From an uncultured Peptococcaceae bacterium (GTDB lineage: Bacteria > Bacillota > Dehalobacteriia > UBA7702): 64,000 bases of DNA. The stretch is taken from NCBI GenBank assembly GCA_964637365.1, contig CAZWWH010000001.1, forward strand, positions 64,406 through 128,405, in the 5' to 3' direction. Made by a program: the position numbers and the translations under genes. Below, one piece after another: positions 8,174 to 17,028 of the stretch (its first letter is position 1; the number at the start of each line of letters is the position of its first letter). The notes beneath the pieces are model-generated. The model saw only the letters and a program-made list of their open reading frames with translations, was not told the DNA's origin and did not search any database.

Positions 8174-9952
8174 TTATGGGCTGAGATAATCCCCATTGAC
8201 AATCCGGGCGAATTGCTCTATGGAAGTTGTAGGAGAAATCCCCAGGCGATGAATGCCATATCGGGGAGAATCCGCTGTCATATACTTCCCTTTGATGATA
8301 AAGGCGCAGGAATATCCGGCAATTTCCACGGCTCCAGCCAATTCCTTACTGCACTTCCCATAAGGATACACATAATAGGGATGTTCCTCTCCTACCTGCT
8401 CCCGCAATAGCGCGCGTCCCCGCCAGCAATCATTTAAAACCCGTTCACAGTATTGATCTTCCGTTTCTAAGGTGCCTGTGATCACTGAGCTGGCAGGCTC
8501 GGCCATAAAGAACTCATTCCTGATTTGGTAGCTTTTACTGGGTCCATGGCCGTGATAGGTATGAGAACCGATTTCCACCAAACCGCTCTGATACATTTCC
8601 TTCATCATGGCAAAAGTGTAGCGGGGTAAATCCGCAGTTTCATCCAGTCCGGTTTCACTTTTTAGCTGAGAGCTATAAATAACCGGCGCCATATTGGCCT
8701 TAAGGCCCAGTTCCTTTAAAACTGGGAATCCCAATGTGTAGTTATTTTCATAACCGTCGTCAAAAATCACTACCACACTTTTGGACGGAGGCAGTTGGCC
8801 GTAGCGCTCATAGGTCATCAATTCAGAAACCGTCAATGTTTTAAAACCATTATTCTTCAGATATTCCATTTGCTGACGGAATTGAGATACCGGCATAATC
8901 ATGGCATTCCCGTGATATTTCCCACCGGGAGCGCAATCGCTGTCATTGGCGGCCAGGAAATGGTACATCAGAACGGGGATCTTATTGGCCCCCTCGTAAG
9001 AAGTTCCCTCTACCTTCACAGAAACCGTTACTGGTTCGGACCACTTTCCCCGAGAATCCTTTACACTAAGAGATACCTCATAAGTTCCTGCTTCAAAATA
9101 CCGTTCCTGGTGGTTTTGCCATTTCATATCGACAACTTCATCCTTTTCATCCTCGTCAGCAGTGACGGTCTGAAAGTCCACCAATTCTCCAGGGGCGTAT
9201 ACTTCTTTGGTAGTAGTCAATTTCACAGTAGGCGCATGATTATTTTCATCGGACACATAGATATCCGCCCGTCCCGAAGCAGGCGTATATTCCACGGCAA
9301 AGCCAAAATGCTTCGCTAAAAAACTCACGGGTACCATCAAATGGTCATTTTCCAGATAAGCCGCATTATCCATTTCTCGATTGATACCGTTGCAGCGGGC
9401 AATTTTACTGTTCACCGTAAAAGCGATGGTATTATCTCCATCAGTAACGGAAATTTCCCCTGTCGAAGCATCAGAAGCCACTGTTAGATTTAAAGCTTGG
9501 GCCAAGGATACCAATGGCGCCACCATTAAGTGGTTACGGGATACTGCCGGCAGAGGCATGGTGATGGTTTCCTCCGTTCCTTTAAGGCGGTCACTACCAT
9601 AATAGATCACCGCATGAAGGCTTTTATCTCGGGGAATCTCTGCAGTGGCAGCAGCCTTCGTTGTATCCGTCGGTAGTGGATCATTGTCCTTCTGACCATA
9701 GTGCCAAAGAGCATAGCATCCAACGGATAGAGACATAACTAAGGTAATGAGAAGTGCCAAAGGGATGATGCGAAATTTTTTATTAGATTTTCTAACCGAA
9801 TTTCTAGAAACTTTCTTATTTTTTATTTTCGCAGTTTTTTCACGATGACTTTGTGCCGGCTTGTCAAAGGGAGGTGTATTTGCAACGCTTTGATTTCTCC
9901 CTCTCACGCTGATATTCTTTTTTTTATTGTAGTTGACTCGATTGCCAGCCAT
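8174..9952 (-). CDS. Membrane-anchored polysaccharide deacetylase family protein with a copper-amine-oxidase N-terminal-like stalk domain and a PKD/Ig-like domain
   Basis: Basic Lys-rich N-terminus, one TM helix, a Cu_amine_oxidN1-like segment (..LMVPVSFLAKHFGFAVEY..), an Ig/PKD-like segment, and a C-terminal NodB domain (VVVIFDDGYENNY.., ..GSHTYHGH..). Confidence 0.7.
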   Translation of the reverse strand: MAGNRVNYNKKKNISVRGRNQSVANTPPFDKPAQSHREKTAKIKNKKVSRNSVRKSNKKFRIIPLALLITLVMSLSVGCYALWHYGQKDNDPLPTDTTKAAATAEIPRDKSLHAVIYYGSDRLKGTEETITMPLPAVSRNHLMVAPLVSLAQALNLTVASDASTGEISVTDGDNTIAFTVNSKIARCNGINREMDNAAYLENDHLMVPVSFLAKHFGFAVEYTPASGRADIYVSDENNHAPTVKLTTTKEVYAPGELVDFQTVTADEDEKDEVVDMKWQNHQERYFEAGTYEVSLSVKDSRGKWSEPVTVSVKVEGTSYEGANKIPVLMYHFLAANDSDCAPGGKYHGNAMIMPVSQFRQQMEYLKNNGFKTLTVSELMTYERYGQLPPSKSVVVIFDDGYENNYTLGFPVLKELGLKANMAPVIYSSQLKSETGLDETADLPRYTFAMMKEMYQSGLVEIGSHTYHGHGPSKSYQIRNEFFMAEPASSVITGTLETEDQYCERVLNDCWRGRALLREQVGEEHPYYVYPYGKCSKELAGAVEIAGYSCAFIIKGKYMTADSPRYGIHRLGISPTTSIEQFARIVNGDYLSP

Positions 9953-10022
9953 AAGCGCAAACCTCTTTTAGAAAAAGTTTTTCACCTTTCCTTTGCTTTT
10001 ATTCTTTATAACGATGATTGTT

Positions 10023-12146
10023 TTACTTTTGTTCCAATGCATCCTCCGTAGCCCAACGGTACCCGTTCTGACGCTCGGAAGAAATTACTGATGAAGCATT
10101 TTGGCTTTGGAAAGTTACAGAATAGTATCCACCCTCATCATCTGTCCCCTCATCGTCTGTAGAACAGCAAAAATAGTTACGGTAAATCTCATTGGAAGAG
10201 ATGGTAGAGGTCATGATCTCATCAAATCGATCCGCTGGGATTGCCTCGCCGCCATTCTCTGAGTCATAGGGGGTAAATTCAATGGCTGAAATAGAATAAT
10301 CCTCACGATCCACGTCAAACCCCATATCATTCAAGACCTCTTTGGTTCGTTCAAAGCAGTCATATATCGGGGCAAAAACCTCCCGGAAAAATACTTTTTC
10401 CGTGTCTGCCAGGGATTGATCCAAATGCTCATAGTCAATGGAAAAATCAATGAAACCGATCATGGGAGATTCCTTCATCCTATCAAAGGTTAAATCAGCC
10501 ATATCCTCTTTATAGGCTTCCACCAATTGTTTTTGATTTGCCGCCGAGAGACTGCCGGTGCTCAATCCCACCTCCGAAAGGTCAATATCGGAAATGATCA
10601 GATCGTCCTGTTCCAAATATTCTAATTGTCGTTCACGCAGGGATTCATCGTTTACAATCGTTTCAATGGCATCCAGCGTTTCCTTTTTATTGACACACAG
10701 ATAGTTTCGATAAATAATTTTACCGTTTTTTAACACAAAGGCCATAGAAAAATTTGCGGGAATGATACCGTCGTCTACCAAAACCTCATCACTTTCGTTG
10801 GCCGTCTTCTTATAATATCCACGATGTTCGATACCATTTTCCGCTAATTTCAAAGCAGCGGCTATGGTATCTTTTTGATCCAAGGTAAAATGCCCATACT
10901 GCTCTTCAAAGATACTAGAATGACTTTGTCCTGCGGCTGTGTATGCATAAATGGTTCCGTCGCCATAAAAAATAGCATCTCCGCCAATAATCACCTTAGC
11001 GACATCGCTTTCTTTGGGCAAATAGGAATCATATCCCGTTAAGTCCAGGGCGGGAACCGCTACAATCGCGGCAGCCACCACTATAGATACCGCAACACTA
11101 AGCCAATGAAGCTTTAATGCGCCAATATCAAAGGCAAAAATCACTTCAATCATACGGTTAATTAAAATTAACCCCAAAATACTGCCCAGAATAAACCAAG
11201 CATCCAGCGCAACCTGAGAATAAGCCATGGAATTCAGGAATAATCCCAGGGCAATCCCGCCGGCAATCGAGAGAGGATATTTTACGATGGCTTTAAACCA
11301 AGGGAAAGCAATGGCTTTCCCTGCGGACTCACTGGAACGCCTGCAATACAAGATCAAGCCAACAGCGGCAATTACCAAAGCTCCCAGAAAGGTAATCAGC
11401 AGATACCAGGGGGATTCCGGCTGATACTTCATTACCACCATTAAATATTGAAACACTGGTGAAGACCAGTAAAGTATTTTATCCCAAATGATCCCAGCGA
11501 TCATAAAGGTTTCATAAAAGGCTTCCATCAACAAAAACGCAAGAAGCAACACCATAGGAACTGCCACCAGGAGATATACGGCGGCGCAGAAGTGCACCAA
11601 GACATTGCCGGTGAGCATAGCGGCTACTACAGAAAGACTATAAATTGCCAAAAAATAAATGATGGGGCGCAGTAGTCCTAGCCAAATTACTCCGTCGGAA
11701 AGATAACGGAAGTCACCAAATACGGCAATAATCACGAGATTTAACAGGTAAAAGAATAAATATGGCACGAGAACGGAGAAGGCACCGGCGAGATATTGCG
11801 TCACATAATATCGCTTGCGGCTTACAGGTAAGCTGTGAAAAAAGTCCACCTTCTGCTTGCTATGAAGGAAGGAGAAGAAAATCATACCACTCAAAATCGC
11901 CAAGGCAATCATGATTATTGCCACAATCTCATTATAATTTACAAGATGCTCCAAAGTCATTTTGACGTCATTGATAAAATGAATGTCTTTATTGACGTGT
12001 GAGCTGTGACACCGCTGTAAACATATCGTGAGAGGAACCGACAGCGAGAAGAAAAATAACACTACAGTGATACAGAAAAACCATGCTTTATTTTTTATTG
12101 ATTCTACGGTCAATCCCAAATCAGAGCAGCAGTTTTTTAAGGTCAT
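10023..12146 (-). CDS. Putative ABC transporter permease (707 aa; N-terminal polytopic TM region plus large C-terminal extracytoplasmic domain)
   Basis: About 10 predicted TM helices followed by a soluble ~330 aa domain; translationally coupled to the upstream ABC ATPase (overlap 12121-12146). Confidence 0.5.
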   Translation of the reverse strand: MTLKNCCSDLGLTVESIKNKAWFFCITVVLFFFSLSVPLTICLQRCHSSHVNKDIHFINDVKMTLEHLVNYNEIVAIIMIALAILSGMIFFSFLHSKQKVDFFHSLPVSRKRYYVTQYLAGAFSVLVPYLFFYLLNLVIIAVFGDFRYLSDGVIWLGLLRPIIYFLAIYSLSVVAAMLTGNVLVHFCAAVYLLVAVPMVLLLAFLLMEAFYETFMIAGIIWDKILYWSSPVFQYLMVVMKYQPESPWYLLITFLGALVIAAVGLILYCRRSSESAGKAIAFPWFKAIVKYPLSIAGGIALGLFLNSMAYSQVALDAWFILGSILGLILINRMIEVIFAFDIGALKLHWLSVAVSIVVAAAIVAVPALDLTGYDSYLPKESDVAKVIIGGDAIFYGDGTIYAYTAAGQSHSSIFEEQYGHFTLDQKDTIAAALKLAENGIEHRGYYKKTANESDEVLVDDGIIPANFSMAFVLKNGKIIYRNYLCVNKKETLDAIETIVNDESLRERQLEYLEQDDLIISDIDLSEVGLSTGSLSAANQKQLVEAYKEDMADLTFDRMKESPMIGFIDFSIDYEHLDQSLADTEKVFFREVFAPIYDCFERTKEVLNDMGFDVDREDYSISAIEFTPYDSENGGEAIPADRFDEIMTSTISSNEIYRNYFCCSTDDEGTDDEGGYYSVTFQSQNASSVISSERQNGYRWATEDALEQK

Positions 12147-13020
12147 AGCCTTTCACCTCCGTTTCGCTGATGAAAATTTCTTCTAATGATAAAGGTAAAG
12201 CCTCGATAAACAAAGGACTTTCCCGCTTCAGGGTTTCCATTATAAGGTCTTCTTCCCCTCGTACCACCAGGGTATAGAGGGAACCCCTGCGATCCATTTT
12301 TAATACTTTTAAATCGGCAAAATGTTCCTTAATGACTTCATGGTCAAAGATCGCTTGGATTTTATGAATGGATAATTTCATATCGTCCAAATCCTTGGAT
12401 AAAAGCACACCGCCTTTATGTAATAAGCCGATATGGTCGCTGATATCCTCTAATTCTCGGAGATTATGAGATGCCACAATCACGGATAACTCCCTCTCCG
12501 ATAAAGCGGCAGCCAAAAGGCTTTTCACTCCTTGGCGAATGACGGGATCTAAACCATCAAAGGTTTCATCACAGAAAATATATTTCGTTTTAGCAGCCAA
12601 TGCTGTAATGACCGCCACTTGCTTTTTCATGCCTTTGGAAAAAGTATGGAGCTTTCGTTGAGGCTGTAAATCAAAGTTCTCTAAAAGATGCATAAAGTAG
12701 TCTTCATCAAAATCAGGATAAAAACGGCGATAGTAACGTGCCATTTGCTTCGGTGTAGCATTGGAAAAATAATATGCTTCATCAGGGATGAAGAAAATCC
12801 GTTCTTTCACCGGAACATTTTCAAAAACCGGTGCGCCGTCCATCAAAATTTCTCCTTCATCCTGACGGATGATTCCGGCCATAATTCGAAGCAGGGTGGA
12901 TTTCCCTGCACCATTGGTACCGACCAAACCAAAAATGGATCCATCCTTGATTTCCAGATCCACACGATGCAAGGCTTTGACATCATTAAAGGTTTTGGAT
13001 ACGTTTTTAATCTCTATCAT
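12121..13020 (-). CDS. ABC transporter ATP-binding protein
   Basis: Walker A GTNGAGKST, signature motif (..SKGMKKQ..), Walker B FCDETFDGLD, H-loop. Confidence 0.85.
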   Translation of the reverse strand: MIEIKNVSKTFNDVKALHRVDLEIKDGSIFGLVGTNGAGKSTLLRIMAGIIRQDEGEILMDGAPVFENVPVKERIFFIPDEAYYFSNATPKQMARYYRRFYPDFDEDYFMHLLENFDLQPQRKLHTFSKGMKKQVAVITALAAKTKYIFCDETFDGLDPVIRQGVKSLLAAALSERELSVIVASHNLRELEDISDHIGLLHKGGVLLSKDLDDMKLSIHKIQAIFDHEVIKEHFADLKVLKMDRRGSLYTLVVRGEEDLIMETLKRESPLFIEALPLSLEEIFISETEVKGYDLKKLLL

Positions 13021-13418
13021 TTGGGTTCACCCTCTTTCTTTGGGCTTTGACAATGGCGACAATACGCCGAAGAAATTGCTTCAAATAGTTCATCTTGGGT
13101 TAGACCCAACGTAATGGCTTTTTCAAGCAAAGCATCAAACTCTTTGAATAGGTGCTCTTTTTTGACAGTGGTCAGCCGCTCAAAATCTTCGTTAATGAAA
13201 GAACCCTTGCCTTGAATGGAATAGGTCGTACCACGCTTTTCCAATTCAAGGTAAGCCCGCTGAATGGTATTGGGATTGATGGACAATTCCACTGCCAAAG
13301 AACGAACCGAAGGCAACTGCTCATTGGGCTTTAAAACTCCCTTTAAGGCCAAATCTTCGATGCCATCGATTACCTGAATATAAAGAGGACGTTTATCTTT
13401 TAGATCCAAAACGATCAT
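13017..13418 (-). CDS. GntR-family transcriptional regulator (short YtrA-like subtype)
   Basis: Winged-HTH GntR N-terminus (..LPSVRSLAVELSINPNTIQRAYLELE..), about 130 aa with no large effector domain; start chosen at MIVLDL, preceded by GGGAGG. Confidence 0.8.
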   Translation of the reverse strand: MIVLDLKDKRPLYIQVIDGIEDLALKGVLKPNEQLPSVRSLAVELSINPNTIQRAYLELEKRGTTYSIQGKGSFINEDFERLTTVKKEHLFKEFDALLEKAITLGLTQDELFEAISSAYCRHCQSPKKEGEPK

Positions 13419-13520
13419 TCTTTTTCCTCCCTTCATAATTAATTGGGCCTGTGTTTACTGTATGAACATTATTAATACAGTTAAAGTATAGTAGATTGAT
13501 TCTTTGATGTCAATAGTGTA

Positions 13521-13698
13521 GATAAAAACTTTTTTTTGTCATTCTTAATGATTCTTCATTCTGGAAATCAAAGTTAAGCTATGGCATAATAGAATTAATC
13601 TCAGAAGTGTGAATAAAAAACTTTTTTCGGCATTCTTAATGATTCTTCATTCTGGAAATCAAAGTTAAGCTGTGGCATAATAGAATTAATCTCAGAAA
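13521..13698 (+). repeat. Tandem direct duplication (2 x ~88 bp, ~95% identical) of a promoter-containing segment in the divergent gntR / lipoprotein intergenic region
   Basis: Copy 1 13521-13608 and copy 2 13611-13698; each carries TGGAAA-17 nt-(TG)GCATAAT, an extended -10 sigma-A-like promoter. Confidence 0.8.
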
Positions 13699-13712
13699 GG
13701 AAGGTACTTTCG

Positions 13713-14231
13713 ATGAAAAAAGCAACAGCACCTATCATCATTGTTTTCGCAGCTTTGCTGTGCTTTTCCGCCTGCAGCAATGATTCCACAGAAAATACCA
13801 CAAACCGTCAAGGGACAAGTTTAACGGTGGGCAGTGAAATCATTGCCAGCCAGCTAATGGATTACAGTGAAATGCTGGGTCGCAGTGAAAAGGATCTCAT
13901 CGCCCAAAAAGGGGAAGGCGAAATCCGCGTAGATAGCAAAGAAAACGTCGCCAGCCGCTGCTACGAAGAAAATGTGTTGGGCTTTTTAGGCAGCGTTTAT
14001 TATATTTTCTCAGAAAAAGATGGCGATTTAATTGTAAAAGAAGTTATGGTGGTGTTTCGGGGCGTTACCTTTAATGACGCCGTAACAGGTATCAGTCAGC
14101 AACTGGGCGATGCTGCTTCAGTGGAACATAAAGAGACCTCTGCCGATGCTTATTGGAACAGCTTTCATTGCCAATATCATCTGGCCAAATATGAAAACGC
14201 CTTGATGCTTTCGGTAAAAAAAGACTCTTGA
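13713..14231 (+). CDS. Lipoprotein of unknown function
   Basis: Lipobox-like signal peptide ...LLCFSAC|SNDS; RBS aaaggaagg; no recognisable domain. Confidence 0.6.
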   Translation: MKKATAPIIIVFAALLCFSACSNDSTENTTNRQGTSLTVGSEIIASQLMDYSEMLGRSEKDLIAQKGEGEIRVDSKENVASRCYEENVLGFLGSVYYIFSEKDGDLIVKEVMVVFRGVTFNDAVTGISQQLGDAASVEHKETSADAYWNSFHCQYHLAKYENALMLSVKKDS

Positions 14232-14335
14232 TTTCCTCTTCATAAGCTGGACAAAAATATGACTTTACAGTAAAAAAGCCCCCTGCTATACTACATATGA
14301 CACAAAATCAATGAAAAAGGCAGGGAACTTTTTTT

Positions 14336-15040
14336 ATGTACGCAGCCATTGTCAATGCATTGGCCATTGTCCTTTGCAGTATTTTAGGAATCCTCTTTAA
14401 AAACAAACTGAATCCTCGTTTTACCGACGCTATTTTGGTTGGCCTTTCTATTGTAGTTTTGATTTTAGGGGCTAGTTACGCTCTGAAAACCGAGGATATT
14501 TTGGGAATGATTATCTGTGTTTCCATCGGTACGCTTTTAGGAGAATGGATGCAAATTGAAGAGCGGATGGAATCTATGGGGAATAAAATTCGCGATAAAT
14601 TCCTAAAAAGCTCTGATGCCAGCAGTTCCTTTACCGAAGGCTTTATGTCCGGCTCTCTGCTGTTCTGCATTGGCTCCATGGCTATTGTGGGATCTATGGA
14701 GGCCGGTATCAACGGCAACCCCACCATTATCCTGTCAAAATCCGTCATCGACGGCATTGCCTCCATTTCCTTTGCCATGTCCATGGGCATTGGCGTGGCC
14801 TTTTCCGGTGTGAGCGTACTGCTTTATCAGGGAGCAATCACCTTGCTGGCCACGGTAGCAGCCCCATACCTTCCCGACGCAGTGGTACTGGAAATGTCCG
14901 CGATCGGCGGTATTTTGATGATTGGAATTTCCATTAATATGTTAAAACTCAAAAAAATAAAGGTAGGAAATATGCTGCCCGCAGTATTCCTACCCATTTT
15001 ATACCAGCCTGTAGTCCATTTGATTACAAAACTTTTTTAA
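14336..15040 (+). CDS. DUF554-family membrane protein (YqgA-like)
   Basis: 234 aa, about 7 TM helices, matching the DUF554 size and topology. Confidence 0.5.
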   Translation: MYAAIVNALAIVLCSILGILFKNKLNPRFTDAILVGLSIVVLILGASYALKTEDILGMIICVSIGTLLGEWMQIEERMESMGNKIRDKFLKSSDASSSFTEGFMSGSLLFCIGSMAIVGSMEAGINGNPTIILSKSVIDGIASISFAMSMGIGVAFSGVSVLLYQGAITLLATVAAPYLPDAVVLEMSAIGGILMIGISINMLKLKKIKVGNMLPAVFLPILYQPVVHLITKLF

Positions 15041-16055
15041 AGGCCCGAAAGGCAGAGGGAATAGCGTACTGCTCCAAAGCATCGCCATCAACCCAAATAA
15101 ATTCCTCAGAGCTAGGAGGCTCCTTTAAAACAATTTCATAACCAATCATTCGCCATTCAATGTGGGTAAAGACGTGCTTCGCCTTGCCCACATTTTTGAT
15201 TTTTCCATTAGGATAGCGCAATGCCAAATCCTCCAGGGATAAATGCCCCAATTCATTGGGAAACTCCCAAAGATTGGCCAAAAGCCCCTTAGAATCCCGA
15301 CGGTGAAGGGCCAACTTGCCACCACATTTCAAAAGCAATACGGTGCGGGGCTCTATCTTCCGCGGCTTTTTGCTGGATTTTACAGGAATTTCCTGCCAGT
15401 TTCCCTCGGCATTACAAATACAGAGATTTGACCAAGGGCATTCCCCGCAAAGAGGCGCTCCGTTGGGCACACAGACAATGGCTCCTAGTTCCATGAGAGC
15501 TTGGGTAAAGTCCCCTGCCCGTTCCTCCGGAAAGATATCTTTGAGCCAACCCTCCACCGTAGTTTTAAGCTTTTCCTCTGCAATATCATCATAGCGTCCC
15601 AAAAATCGCATAATGATGCGCAGCACATTACCGTCTACAGCGGGACAAGGCAGGCCGAAGCCAATGGAAGCAATGGCCCCAGCAGTATATCGACCGATTC
15701 CAGGTAAAGCCAACAATGCTTTATGGCCTCCAGGCAGTTTGCCGCCATAGGTCTCTGCTACAACCTTAGCCGCCTTGTGAAGCATATCGGCGCGACGGTA
15801 ATAGCCCAAGCCCTGCCACAAACGGTAAACCTCGTCTTTATCCGCCGCTGCCAAAGATGGAATGTCGGGAAATCGTTCCAGAAAGCGGTGATAATACTCC
15901 TTCACCGCTTCGACCCTGGTCTGCTGGAGCATGATTTCGGAAATCCACGTCTCATAGGGAGATACTTCGCCTCGCCAAGGCAAATCCCGCTTATTGTTAT
16001 CATACCAAGCCAAAAGCGGCGTTACCGCCGCTTTTAATTTATCAGAATCACTCAT
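15024..16055 (-). CDS. mutY: A/G-specific adenine DNA glycosylase
   Basis: HhH-GPD core (LPGIGRYTAGAIASIGFG), 4Fe-4S Cys cluster C-x6-C-x2-C-x5-C, C-terminal NUDIX-like domain. Confidence 0.9.
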   Translation of the reverse strand: MSDSDKLKAAVTPLLAWYDNNKRDLPWRGEVSPYETWISEIMLQQTRVEAVKEYYHRFLERFPDIPSLAAADKDEVYRLWQGLGYYRRADMLHKAAKVVAETYGGKLPGGHKALLALPGIGRYTAGAIASIGFGLPCPAVDGNVLRIIMRFLGRYDDIAEEKLKTTVEGWLKDIFPEERAGDFTQALMELGAIVCVPNGAPLCGECPWSNLCICNAEGNWQEIPVKSSKKPRKIEPRTVLLLKCGGKLALHRRDSKGLLANLWEFPNELGHLSLEDLALRYPNGKIKNVGKAKHVFTHIEWRMIGYEIVLKEPPSSEEFIWVDGDALEQYAIPSAFRAFKKVL

Positions 16056-17016
16056 TCAGAAACTCCTTCGCTGCTTTGAAGCCATAGGCAGGCTCCGCAT
16101 GGAGCACGGCATTGTTAATGGCACGGGCCATCACATCTGCGGCCAACACTCCCACCAAATCCGTCATAGCCTCCACTTCCCCCGAAGCCATGGCGAAAAT
16201 GGTATCACCATCGTTGGAGGTATGCACCGGCATAATGGTGCGAGCATAGCCATTATGGGCCATGGAAGCTACCTTGGAAACAGCAGCTTTTGTCATTTTA
16301 GCGTTGGTAACGATACAGCCAATGGTGGTATTCCCGCGAAAGACATCAAAGGACGCGTCAGCGATTTGATAAAGAGCCTCGCGGCTGGATAAAACCCCGG
16401 TGCCATCACTATTTAAAAGTCCTGCTAAGGGGCGACCCGTTTCATGATCCACTACGGTACCCACGGCATTTACCGCTACCACTGCGCCGACCTGTACCGC
16501 TCCGATCTGAGCGGCATAGATTCCCAAACCCGATTTCATGGCACGCTCCGGTCCAAATAGTTTTCCCACTGTGGCTCCGGTGCCTGCTCCCACGTTGCCC
16601 TGAGCAGGATTGTTTTGCTCCGTGTTGACCAAGGCACGGTATCCCATATCACGGTTGGGACGGCATTGAGGATCTCCTACCGCCAAATCAAAAAGACAAG
16701 CCGAAGGAACGATGGGAACCACGCCCACCTGGACGTCAAAGCCGATGTTCTTTTCTTCCAAATATGTCATTGCACCGTCGGCGGCGGCCAGTCCATATGC
16801 ACTGCCTCCTCCCAACATCACACAATGGATTTTTTCTATCATATTCACGGGATTCAGCAAATCAGTTTCTCTGGTGGCCGGCGCGCCGCCACGAACGTCC
16901 ACACCCCCCACGGCACCGCTAGGACAAAAAATTGCAGTACAGCCAGTACCACCAGCTTCACTCTGGGCATGTCCCACAGAAAAACCGCGGATATCAGTGA
17001 TGGAAATTTCTTTCAT
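16048..17016 (-). CDS. P1/DmpA-family (S58) aminopeptidase/amidase
   Basis: DmpA/OAT-like sequence (..GHAQSEAGGTGCTAIF.., GxxT nucleophile region); overlaps mutY by 8 nt, suggesting an operon. Confidence 0.65.
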   Translation of the reverse strand: MKEISITDIRGFSVGHAQSEAGGTGCTAIFCPSGAVGGVDVRGGAPATRETDLLNPVNMIEKIHCVMLGGGSAYGLAAADGAMTYLEEKNIGFDVQVGVVPIVPSACLFDLAVGDPQCRPNRDMGYRALVNTEQNNPAQGNVGAGTGATVGKLFGPERAMKSGLGIYAAQIGAVQVGAVVAVNAVGTVVDHETGRPLAGLLNSDGTGVLSSREALYQIADASFDVFRGNTTIGCIVTNAKMTKAAVSKVASMAHNGYARTIMPVHTSNDGDTIFAMASGEVEAMTDLVGVLAADVMARAINNAVLHAEPAYGFKAAKEFLNE

Positions 17017-17028
17017 TTAAATCACTCC

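Noticed and set aside
13601-13801. 66 aa minus-strand ORF overlapping the tandem repeat and the lipoprotein start
   Set aside because: Lies across promoter copy 2 and antisense to the lipoprotein signal peptide; no RBS.
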